Origin: Pseudomonadota bacterium
GTDB lineage: Bacteria; Pseudomonadota; Gammaproteobacteria; JAKAQQ01
DNA: 64,000 nt
Assembly: GCA_027320085.1 (NCBI GenBank)
Contig: DAHVLZ010000037.1
Location: 1-64,000, forward strand
Direction: 5' to 3'
Shown here: positions 1 to 7,977 of the stretch, one piece after another
Layout of the letters: each line of letters opens with the position of its first letter
Position numbering within the stretch: the first letter of the stretch is position 1
Made by a program: the position numbers and the translations under genes
Notes under the pieces: generated by a model
What the model saw: the letters and a program-made list of their open reading frames with translations, nothing else
Database searches by the model: none
Told to the model about the DNA's origin: nothing

Positions 1-461
1 AAGTCGACGCTATAGGGGATAATCGTTGTGGTCGGTGTGTTGATTGTATTGCCGGTCGTCGTGGGAATCTGGATAAAGGGTCCACCATACCCACACTCAC
101 TGTTATTGAACTGTAGCCGGCCGTTGGCATCGATCTGCACCTGGGTATAGGTGGTGCCCCCGTAGTCAAAAGTGAATCCCAGGGGAGTCTGCCAGGTGAT
201 GTCGTCGTCGGGAGTGGCTCCGTCATAGGTGCCCGGGGTACAGGCCTGGCCCGATGACCAGGAAGCCCCAGCAGATCCGGTAACGATGAGCGTTTGCCCG
301 GCTGTACTGATCCAGTTGAAAGAGGTCGGAACTGCGGTGTAACTCACTGTCCCATGTGCGCTGGTCAGCCCCACAAGCATCGACAGGACAACTCCCACTA
401 GGATACGGTACCCCCCGACGCCAGCAAACAAGTTTGAGAGATCAGGAATCTTGTGGCGCAT
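1..461 (-). CDS. MshQ-like secreted pilus-associated adhesin, 5' part (runs off the window)
   Basis: Not in the ORF track; translated by hand from ATG at 461: MRHKIPDLSNLFAGVGGYRILVGVVLSMLVGLTSAHG (signal-like), then a Thr/Gly-rich beta region ...LGFTFDYGGTTYTQVQIDANGRLQF..., open to position 1. Follows mshP, which is the canonical mshQ position. Confidence 0.65.
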   Translation of the reverse strand, partial: MRHKIPDLSNLFAGVGGYRILVGVVLSMLVGLTSAHGTVSYTAVPTSFNWISTAGQTLIVTGSAGASWSSGQACTPGTYDGATPDDDITWQTPLGFTFDYGGTTYTQVQIDANGRLQFNNSECGYGGPFIQIPTTTGNTINTPTTTIIPYSVD

Positions 462-897
462 CGGTAGCCGTGACCTGGATGGTGCGCTGGACAAAGTCGG
501 GTGTCTGCCCGAAAACGCCGTTCGAGGCATCTGCTTGGATGACGTAGACGTTGAAGGTGGCACCGTGTTCCGTGTGGGCCGTGGAAGAACAGCTGACGGT
601 GACGGAAAAGCCGGACAGCCCGTTGGCTGTGAACGGAAGAGTCGTTGTACCGGGACAGCTGTGCTTTGTGACCGCCTCGTAGGCATCCCAGCCGGCACCA
701 CTTTGGGCAGCTGCAAACGCACGTGCCTCAAGCAGGACAAGCGTAGGTGCAGTCTGCCCAGCTCCCGAGATCTCAATCACGAGGACCGCCAGAGCGCCCA
801 GAACGACGATGATGAAAAGAGCAATCAGGATCGAAAATCCAGACTCGGAAGGGAACTTCCGCGATCCAGATTGCGGGCATAGACGTTCAGGGCGCAT
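442..897 (-). CDS. mshP: MSHA biogenesis minor pilin MshP (PilX-like)
   Basis: G|FSILIALFIIVVLGAL prepilin-like N-terminus lacking E5; ARAFAAAQSG segment; located after mshO. Confidence 0.85.
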   Translation of the reverse strand: MRPERLCPQSGSRKFPSESGFSILIALFIIVVLGALAVLVIEISGAGQTAPTLVLLEARAFAAAQSGAGWDAYEAVTKHSCPGTTTLPFTANGLSGFSVTVSCSSTAHTEHGATFNVYVIQADASNGVFGQTPDFVQRTIQVTATDAPQDS

Positions 898-1756
898 TGA
901 AGATCTGGACCTCGCGCAGAAGGGTCACACTCTCTCCGTGGCTCGTCAACGTCAGCGATAGGGTGACCAGTCCGGCGCGTTCAGCAGTTCCTGGCGTATA
1001 GGTGAAGGAGCAGGCACCGACCTGATTGGCAGCGAGCACACCAGCGGTTGCACTGACAGGCTGGGTAGCCGAGATGGCGTATCCGCTATCGCGCCGGAGG
1101 GTTCCTGAGGCCGGATCGCAGAACCAGGAGACCGGACCGCTCACGACGTAGACCCGGTCGTAAGGGGAGCGGTACTTGAACTGGAAGGCCGGATTGATCG
1201 AGATGTGGTCCTCGCTGGTGCCGCCGGTGAAGGTCAAGGTTGTCCCCGGTGGCGTGATGACGTTCGGGGGGCCCGCTGTATTGTCATAGGCATCGGCCCC
1301 GCTCTGGCCGGTGTTGTAGATCACGAGCGAGTCGGTACTGGTGGTGAGTGGCAGGGTCAGCCGGGTGAAATGGCCGAGAATATTGAAGCCGCTGGAAGGG
1401 GCATTGAAGGTGAGGATATCAGTGGATGAGGTTACCGTTCCGCCCGGCCCGTCGCGGTAACGGGCTCCATCGGCCGTGAGGAGCAATTCAAGCGCGTTCA
1501 CGCCCGCGCTCTGGGTGGTCCGGATGCTGTTCGGCAGCGCAGCTCGGATATCGCGAGTCATCTCTGTGAGCGCGGAACCAGCTTCCTCGACCAGGGCGGC
1601 TCGTCTCCCGGTCTCGAAAAAGGCACGAACCGGTCCCGCAATGACGAGCCAGAGAACGGTCGAAAGAATGCCCAGGATCGCAATCACCAGAACTAGTTCG
1701 ATTAGGCTGAAGCCCCGTGTGGTGGAGGATGAAGAAGGAGGCTCACGCGTGTGCAT
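887..1756 (-). CDS. mshO: MSHA biogenesis minor pilin MshO
   Basis: RG|FSLIELVLVIAILGIL class III signal; MTRDIRAALPNSIR motif; C-terminal GLVTLSLTL..GESVTLLREVQIFNAP typical of MshO. Start placed at ATG 1756. Confidence 0.88.
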   Translation of the reverse strand: MHTREPPSSSSTTRGFSLIELVLVIAILGILSTVLWLVIAGPVRAFFETGRRAALVEEAGSALTEMTRDIRAALPNSIRTTQSAGVNALELLLTADGARYRDGPGGTVTSSTDILTFNAPSSGFNILGHFTRLTLPLTTSTDSLVIYNTGQSGADAYDNTAGPPNVITPPGTTLTFTGGTSEDHISINPAFQFKYRSPYDRVYVVSGPVSWFCDPASGTLRRDSGYAISATQPVSATAGVLAANQVGACSFTYTPGTAERAGLVTLSLTLTSHGESVTLLREVQIFNAP

Positions 1757-1763
1757 CGCACAC

Positions 1764-2207
1764 CTACAGGGGAAACCGTAAAGCAGAGAGAGTAATGTTT
1801 GCAAGAGCGGTCCGGGTGACGTTGACGGTGATCAATTTGGCGGGGGCGCCCTCAAACGTTTCATCGCTGACTGTGACCTGTACGGTATAGTCGCTGAGCC
1901 CGGAGATTGGTTGCCCGAACTGGTTTTCTGCACCAACATTCACGAGACCGTTGTAGTCGTCTATGTCGTTGTAGTCGGCTTGAGTGCAGGGCGAGGGGCA
2001 GGGCTGGTCCGTGTAAGATTTGCCCTGGATTTCCTCAAGGTAGGCTTGGCCAACGGCGACTGCCTGAGTAACGGCCATGGGATCCGCGCTTGCCCCCACG
2101 CTCTGGTCGAGTGCGAGTAGGACCGCGGTCAGTGCGATTGCGATGACGACGATCGTGATGACGAGCTCGATCAAGCTGAACCCGCGGGAGCGATGAAGGG
2201 CGGCCAT
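1764..2207 (-). CDS. mshD: MSHA minor pilin MshD
   Basis: RG|FSLIELVITIVVIAIAL; AYLEEI and YNDIDDYNG motifs. Confidence 0.88.
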   Translation of the reverse strand: MAALHRSRGFSLIELVITIVVIAIALTAVLLALDQSVGASADPMAVTQAVAVGQAYLEEIQGKSYTDQPCPSPCTQADYNDIDDYNGLVNVGAENQFGQPISGLSDYTVQVTVSDETFEGAPAKLITVNVTRTALANITLSALRFPL

Positions 2208-2697
2208 CAGGGTGAGTGTGTCACAAGTCCGGTGCCGGACTCGATCGTAAGGGTTCCGCTAAAACCGCCGCCCGTGATGGCCACGGTTTCCTGGACGGCG
2301 CTCATGCCCGAACTATTGAACAGGATTTCCTGTGTCTGGGGACTGGTCGACTGGCTGATTCCGGAAGGGAGTGTTTCCGCGTAGGCTTGCCCTACGGCAG
2401 GATTGATGACCGGTTGATTGAAGGAACCGCTCGTGCAGGTCGGAGACTGATTCAACGCGTAGCCGGTGCTGGAAAGCGCGACGGCAACCGGGCATTCACT
2501 GGCGATGGCCTCCCGGCGGGCAAAACCCAAGGCGGCATCCAGGGAATCGAAATAGCCGTGGGCATCGAAAACAGTGAGGTCGAACAGCCGGGGCAGGATG
2601 AAAAACGAAAGAATGGAAACGAGCAGCAGGACCAAGATCAGCTCGATCAAGGTGACGCCCCGGAGGGGGAAGGGAGTACTGGAGACTCCCTTCCCAT
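2207..2697 (-). CDS. mshC: MSHA minor pilin MshC; leader appears frameshifted (intact ORF only from TTG 2650)
   Basis: RG|VTLIELILVLLLVSILS...PR pilin motif. The only nearby ATG (2697) is out of frame with the pilin body; see findings. Confidence 0.75.
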
Positions 2698-2752
2698 GAC
2701 AGAAAAACTGCCGGGGTTGAGCTCCCGTGACGGGTTCCTCGGTGAGGGTCCG

Positions 2753-3157
2753 TTAGGGTGCGTTGGTGGCGATCACTTCCGCACTGGTTGCGTTCCCTGT
2801 CGAAACCTGATCCACCGTACAGGCTGAAGCCGTACCAATTACGGTTGTGATCGTACCCGTTACCGTGTACTGGCTCACATCAAGTGGTTGCTGGAGAATG
2901 CCACTTGGGGCTCCGGCAAGAACGGTTGTGCAGGAGGCTCCAGCGGTTGAGACCGCGCTCGGGTTTCCGGCCACCGCAGCCGCATAGTTGATTGCGCTGG
3001 CCGACTCGATCGCACCCACAACCCCTTGAAGGGCTGCCGCGTCCGCCTGAGTGCTCAAGTTGACGAACTTGGGAATGGCGACTGCAGCGAGTATCCCCAG
3101 AATGACAATGACCATAACGAGCTCGATGAGCGTGAATCCAGACTGACCCTTTTTCAT
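2753..3157 (-). CDS. mshA: MSHA major pilin MshA
   Basis: MKKGQSG|[27 protein letters not shown]; short leader, C-terminal Cys pair, GAGG RBS and its own promoter. Confidence 0.92.
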   Translation of the reverse strand: MKKGQSGFTLIELVMVIVILGILAAVAIPKFVNLSTQADAAALQGVVGAIESASAINYAAAVAGNPSAVSTAGASCTTVLAGAPSGILQQPLDVSQYTVTGTITTVIGTASACTVDQVSTGNATSAEVIATNAP

Positions 3158-3263
3158 TGATGCAACCTCTCTTGTCGGCGTGCGCTACATGCGATAACAG
3201 ATGGCTGAGAACTTCTCACGTCTTAAAAAAAAATCAGAGCCATCTACATAGAATACCGGGAGT

Positions 3264-3293
3264 ATTATAGATAAGGGACGCGGGGGGTGTCCA
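3264..3293 (-). promoter_or_regulatory. Sigma70-type promoter for mshA
   Basis: Minus strand TGGACA (3293-3288), 18-nt spacer, TATAAT (3269-3264), about 105 nt upstream of the mshA ATG. Confidence 0.7.
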
Positions 3294-3348
3294 GCCATTT
3301 ATCGCTGGAAGGCTACCGTTCGCGAAGCCCGGAACTTCCCGCGGGAGG

Positions 3349-3855
3349 TCAGGTGGGGGGGGTAAGATCCAGGCAGAAAATAAGCTGATCGTCTCCCGGA
3401 CGGTAAAAGTCCGGCAAACGGGCAACTTCTGTAAAACCACAGCCACGGTAGAACGAGTGGGTCGGCTGGTAAAGAGGGCGTGCCGAGGTTTCGGCATAGA
3501 GCTTCCGGGCTGCTACCGAAGCCTGTAGGCGGGTTAATACCGCCGCGAGGAGATGTTTCCCAATCCCGCGTCCTTGGGCCTCAGGAGCCACCACGATCCA
3601 GTAAAGATCATGGCTTCCCATGGTCCCTGGAATGGGTCCGTGACAGGCGTAACCCATCGGGGCCCCCCCCGGATGTTCTGCTATCTCGAAAAAGTAGCCG
3701 GAAGCTTCAGCGCCCTGGGCCAGATGGGATTCCATGAGTTCTTGAGCAATAGCCACCTCGGGCTCTTCGAAATGGCCGGTGGCACGGGTGATATCGATGA
3801 GTGGCGCAATATCCGCGCGCCCAAGCGAAAGGCGGATCAGGGAAGGGTCAGTCAC
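3349..3855 (-). CDS. GNAT family N-acetyltransferase
   Basis: LYWIVV..EAQGRGIGKHLL acetyl-CoA motif A; FY.GCGF; overlaps the upstream ATP-grasp gene. Confidence 0.9.
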   Translation of the reverse strand: MTDPSLIRLSLGRADIAPLIDITRATGHFEEPEVAIAQELMESHLAQGAEASGYFFEIAEHPGGAPMGYACHGPIPGTMGSHDLYWIVVAPEAQGRGIGKHLLAAVLTRLQASVAARKLYAETSARPLYQPTHSFYRGCGFTEVARLPDFYRPGDDQLIFCLDLTPPT

Positions 3856-4861
3856 CGGTATACCCTCTCAGGGGCGGGGAGGACTCGACAGCCCGCTTTG
3901 CAGCCTGGTCGAGGATTTCCTCGATGAGATCCCGGTAGCCAAGTCCACCCGCTTGGGCTGCCTGAGCAAAACCGGCTTCCGGATCGAGCGTGGGATTCGG
4001 GTTGAGGTCGATGATCCAGGGTTGCCCTTGGCTATCCACCCTGAAATCGACGCGGGCGTATCCAGCGAGACCCAGACGATCGAAGAGGATCCCGGCAAGT
4101 CCGTAAAGGGTCTGGAGGATTGCACCATCGGGGCCATCCCCCTTTGGAAAGACGCGTACCGTGCCTTGCGCGGCTGGGCTTTCTGGATCCCATTTGGCCT
4201 CATAATCAACAATCTGTGGCCGGTCGGCCGGCCAGTTCCGGAATTCGATCTCCGCCGGTGGTAGGAGTCGGATATGCCCTCCGGCCGTCTCGAGCAAAGA
4301 CAGGTTGAACTCGCGGCCTGGAATGAATGCCTCGGCAAAAAACGGAGTACCGTGACGCCGGCTTTGGATCTCGATCAGTCGTTCGGCCGCGGGCCATGAG
4401 GTTACCCGGGCATCCGGGCCGAGACCCAGAGAAGCGTGCTGGAAACGGGCCTTGACAATAAAAGTTGCCCCCGGATCTACGATAGGTCCGGCCGGAGGCG
4501 TGGGCAGCCCCAAGGTACAGAGTTGGCGTTTGAGGGCCAGTTTGTCATCGGCCAAGGCAATGACGGTGGTGGGATTGCCGGTGAACGGCAGGGAAAGACT
4601 TTCGAGTAGTGCCGGGATAGCACAGGCCAGTCGATCCTGCCCATTAAGGCCTTCAACGAGGTTGAAGACAAGATCGGGAGGGGATTTCAGAAGCCAGATG
4701 CGGAGCCTTTCGAGATTGAGGTCGGCATGGGCGATCTCGCAGGACCAGTCCGGGCCGGAGAGCAGCCGGGCCAGGCTATAGGCGACCTGCTGAGTCTCGG
4801 CCTCGTCGGCAGTCGGGTTGGGTCCTTGGGATGCCCCGTGGAGAATGAGCAGGCGCTGCAT
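3848..4861 (-). CDS. D-Ala-D-Ala ligase-like ATP-grasp protein (second copy)
   Basis: DLVFNLVEG, LPFTG, DK..K, EAFIPGREFNL, YEAKWD, YARVDFRVD, IDLNPNP; lacks the Ddl N-terminal GGxSxE motif. Confidence 0.85.
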   Translation of the reverse strand: MQRLLILHGASQGPNPTADEAETQQVAYSLARLLSGPDWSCEIAHADLNLERLRIWLLKSPPDLVFNLVEGLNGQDRLACAIPALLESLSLPFTGNPTTVIALADDKLALKRQLCTLGLPTPPAGPIVDPGATFIVKARFQHASLGLGPDARVTSWPAAERLIEIQSRRHGTPFFAEAFIPGREFNLSLLETAGGHIRLLPPAEIEFRNWPADRPQIVDYEAKWDPESPAAQGTVRVFPKGDGPDGAILQTLYGLAGILFDRLGLAGYARVDFRVDSQGQPWIIDLNPNPTLDPEAGFAQAAQAGGLGYRDLIEEILDQAAKRAVESSPPLRGYTGD

Positions 4862-4864
4862 GGG

Positions 4865-5860
4865 TTACAGACGGCCGGAAGCATCGGCCGCTGATCGGGA
4901 CAGGGCAGATTCCAGGATAGCCCCGATGAGCTTCGGATACGACCATCCTTGAGTCCGGGCCAAGATGACGAGATCCGAACGCAGGGGGTGGAGCCCTGCC
5001 AGCGGATTGATTTCAAGGAAAAGGGGTTGGCCCCCAGAGTCGAGACGAATGTCGACCCGGCTGGCATCGTCGCATTCGAGAAGGCGGTGGACAGCCAGGG
5101 CTAGTTCAACAACAGCGGGCTCCCGGCTGCTAGGGATAGGCCGGTAATCGATCCGTGTGTCGTATTCCTCCTTGGCCAGATACCCGTAAGCCGCCCGGTC
5201 CTCCGGCGTTCTAGCATCGATTTCAAGAATGCCCAGCACACGGGCGCTCTGACCGCTGCCGAGGATGCCGACCGTGAACTCGCGACCCGGAAGGTAAGGT
5301 TCGATCAGGAGAGGGCCCAGAAAGCGCGTTCGGAGCATCCGGATCCGCTGCTCAAGCCCGGCTTGGTGATCAACCCGAGAGCCTTGATCAATTCCCATCC
5401 CGGATCCCTCAGCAGCCGGTTTCACAAAAAGCGGGTAGTCGAGAGGGATGGGTTTGGACAGTTCACGGCTCTTCAGGACGAAAAACGGGGCTGTGGGCAG
5501 CCCGGCGTCCCGAACGATGTGTTTGGCATGCCCTTTATGGAGAGCCAAAGCCAGAGTGAGTGGCCCGGAAAAGGTGTAGGGAATCCCGTAGGCATCGAGC
5601 AAGGCCGGTACTTGTGACTCGCGGGCGGATCCCCGAAGACCCTCCGCAATGTTGAATACGAGGTCGTATCGGTCCCCACGAGCCAGAGCCTCCACCAGGG
5701 CGGGGAGCGATCCGACCGCAATCGGTTCGTGCCCGAAGCCCCTCAGAGCCTCACCAATGGCGGCCGGGGTTTCCGGACGATCAAACTCGGCGGTCTCCTC
5801 CTCGGTAAGCCCGGCCGAGAGGTAGGACTCCCTGAGGTCATAGGTCAGTCCGATGCGCAT
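4865..5860 (-). CDS. D-Ala-D-Ala ligase-like ATP-grasp protein (first copy)
   Basis: DLVFNIAEG, GIPYTFS, PLFVKPAAEGSGMGI, EPYLPGREFTVGILG, RVDIR, FLEINPLAGL; lacks the Ddl N-terminal GGxSxE motif. Confidence 0.88.
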   Translation of the reverse strand: MRIGLTYDLRESYLSAGLTEEETAEFDRPETPAAIGEALRGFGHEPIAVGSLPALVEALARGDRYDLVFNIAEGLRGSARESQVPALLDAYGIPYTFSGPLTLALALHKGHAKHIVRDAGLPTAPFFVLKSRELSKPIPLDYPLFVKPAAEGSGMGIDQGSRVDHQAGLEQRIRMLRTRFLGPLLIEPYLPGREFTVGILGSGQSARVLGILEIDARTPEDRAAYGYLAKEEYDTRIDYRPIPSSREPAVVELALAVHRLLECDDASRVDIRLDSGGQPLFLEINPLAGLHPLRSDLVILARTQGWSYPKLIGAILESALSRSAADASGRL

Positions 5861-7200
5861 GGAGCCGGCCCGGGTCCATCCTCAGGATCCGGGTAACGGT
5901 ACGTCCCCCCGGCGTAGTTCCGGAGGAGCAGATCATCCCCGTCGCGTCCAATGACGGGATCCGGGAAAAGCGGGATCTTGCCGCCGCCACCGGGAGCGTC
6001 GATGACGTAGGTTGGAACGGCGTATCCCGTCGTGTGTCCACGGAGTCCTTGGATAATTTCAAGTCCCTTGGCGACCGGTGTCCGGAAATGTGCGGATCCA
6101 GAGATCGGATCGCACTGGTAGAGGTAGTAAGGCTTCACGCGGATGCGGAGAAGCCCCTGCATGAGCCGCTTCTGGGTCTCGACATCATCATTCACCCCCT
6201 TGAGCAGTACGGTCTGACTGCCGAGCGGAATCCCTGCATCGGCCAGCCGTCCGCACGCCTCACCCACCTCCGGAGTCAGTTCGTCCGGGTGGATGAAGTG
6301 GATACTCATCCAGAGGGGGTGGTATTTCTTAAGCAGGCGGGTTAGCCGGGGGGTGATGCGTTGTGGGAGGACGGCGGGATTTTTGGTTCCGATGCGAAGG
6401 AATTCGACATGGGGGATTCGTCGCAGTCGGCCGAGCAGCCAGTCCAGCCGCTCGTCATCAAGGCTCAAGGGATCGCCACCCGACAACAGCACGTCCCGGA
6501 TGGTGGGAGTGGCTTCGATATAGGCCAGGGCCGCCTCGAGCTGGTGCTTCTTGAGGCTCCCCTCCCCGCTTGCTCCCACGAGACGCGCCCGGGTGCAGTA
6601 GCGGCAATAGACGGCACACAAGCCGGTAACCAGGAACAGGACCCGGTCCGGATAACGGTGGACCAGCCCGGGAACGGGGCTGGTCGCATCCTCGCCCAGG
6701 GGATCATGGGCCTCTCCGGAGGTGGCCTGGTATTCGGCGAGTACTGGCACGACAGTCCGCCGCAACGCCTGGGCACTGTCATCGGGATCGAGAAGGGAGG
6801 CGTAATAGGGGGTGATGCCAAACGGCAAGGGTCCGACATGGCGTTCAATGGCGGCCCGCTCCTCGGCGGAGAGACGGAGGATCCGGTCGAGGTCCGCTGT
6901 GGTCTTGATGCGGTGCCGTTGCTGCCAGCGCCAGTCGTTCCAGTCGCTCTTCGGGGTCGTGGAATAGAAACGTTCACGGAACCGTTCTGACCGTTCGCTG
7001 GTCACGAAACGGGGACGGTAGGTCTTGGTGGCGGGGCGATGGGGCGGAGAGGTGGCGGGCTGGTGAGGGAAGATCGGGGAGAAGGGAATCCGGACTTCGT
7101 AAGAAGGGGTATCAAAGGCGAGACCGGAAGGGGAAGAGGACGCTTGGACCGGGTGTGTTCCGGGAGGTTCGGCGTCTTCAGGAAGCGGGCTGTCTTGCAT
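5845..7200 (-). CDS. KamA family radical SAM/PLP amino-acid 2,3-aminomutase
   Basis: WNDWRWQ, HRYPDRVL, CAVYCRYCTR (CxxxCxxC), LLSGGDPL, PYYLYQCD, YVIDAPGGGGKIP (PLP lysine). AGGAG RBS precedes ATG 7200. Confidence 0.93.
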   Translation of the reverse strand: MQDSPLPEDAEPPGTHPVQASSSPSGLAFDTPSYEVRIPFSPIFPHQPATSPPHRPATKTYRPRFVTSERSERFRERFYSTTPKSDWNDWRWQQRHRIKTTADLDRILRLSAEERAAIERHVGPLPFGITPYYASLLDPDDSAQALRRTVVPVLAEYQATSGEAHDPLGEDATSPVPGLVHRYPDRVLFLVTGLCAVYCRYCTRARLVGASGEGSLKKHQLEAALAYIEATPTIRDVLLSGGDPLSLDDERLDWLLGRLRRIPHVEFLRIGTKNPAVLPQRITPRLTRLLKKYHPLWMSIHFIHPDELTPEVGEACGRLADAGIPLGSQTVLLKGVNDDVETQKRLMQGLLRIRVKPYYLYQCDPISGSAHFRTPVAKGLEIIQGLRGHTTGYAVPTYVIDAPGGGGKIPLFPDPVIGRDGDDLLLRNYAGGTYRYPDPEDGPGPAPCASD

Positions 7201-7413
7201 CGTGTGGCTCCTGTGGGATTGTTTGAGCAAGCTCTCGACCCCGGGCACATCCGGGGCGGTGATGGCCGACGGTGCAGCCGGCGCGCATGGTATATATCCT
7301 TTTGACTTCGGTTGCAAGTCCCCGTTCCCCTTCCCCGTCCGGCAGGCGGCAGATCCGGGATCCCGGCGCGGTAGAGGCGTGGCGATCGGGTGAGACGGGG
7401 CCAGCCGTGCGCA

Positions 7414-7956
7414 TCACCGGGCGCGCCAATGATAGGGGTTGAGCTGGACCAGACGGACACCGGCGAGACTGGAGGGGCGGTGGTGTTTGCCACGGTAGAC
7501 CAGCTCAACACGGAACCGGATTCGTTTGGGGCCAGTCAGCGGGGTTTCGAAATGGTGCCGGAAGCGGACCAGGTAGACGAGGGTCCGAGTTCGCCGGTCA
7601 AAATACCAGGATCCAGGAGAAATCCGGTGCCGACGGGGATGCTCGAAGCTGCCCACATAGTTGGCCGGAGGGGTGGCGAGGAGTCGCATTGGGTTCGTCC
7701 CTTGGAGACGGGCGATGGCGGAAAGCCCCGCTCCGCGGGCAACCCGACCGGCGATGGTGATGCCGAGCGCGCTCTCGAGTGCCCCTTGGATCTCGAGCAC
7801 AGCGGTTTTCTCGGCTGTGATCCGGAGTGGCCAGATCCGGTCGATCGCAACCGTGATGAAGATCCCGATCAGGATGACAACCAGGGAGAGTTCAAGAAGG
7901 CTGACACTTAAGGGTCGCCGTGGCAGACGGTCGGTGGGCAGTCTAGGCGCAGGCAC
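7414..7956 (-). CDS. MshF-like pilin-type protein
   Basis: S|VSLLELSLVVILIGIFITVAI pilin helix; TNPM, YVG and GSWYFD...LVY segments; directly after mshG. Confidence 0.7.
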   Translation of the reverse strand: MPAPRLPTDRLPRRPLSVSLLELSLVVILIGIFITVAIDRIWPLRITAEKTAVLEIQGALESALGITIAGRVARGAGLSAIARLQGTNPMRLLATPPANYVGSFEHPRRHRISPGSWYFDRRTRTLVYLVRFRHHFETPLTGPKRIRFRVELVYRGKHHRPSSLAGVRLVQLNPYHWRAR

Positions 7957-7977
7957 GAGGAGGGGTGGACCGGGGAA

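Noticed and set aside
5845-7200. EpmB (EF-P beta-lysylation) or the AblAB osmolyte pair
   Set aside because: No efp or epmA adjacent; two ATP-grasp genes intervene; the GNAT is a short single-domain type.
7890-7956. MshF-like protein has Ser rather than Gly at the -1 cleavage position
   Set aside because: Class III signal patterns allow G/A/S at -1, so this is not evidence of inactivation.
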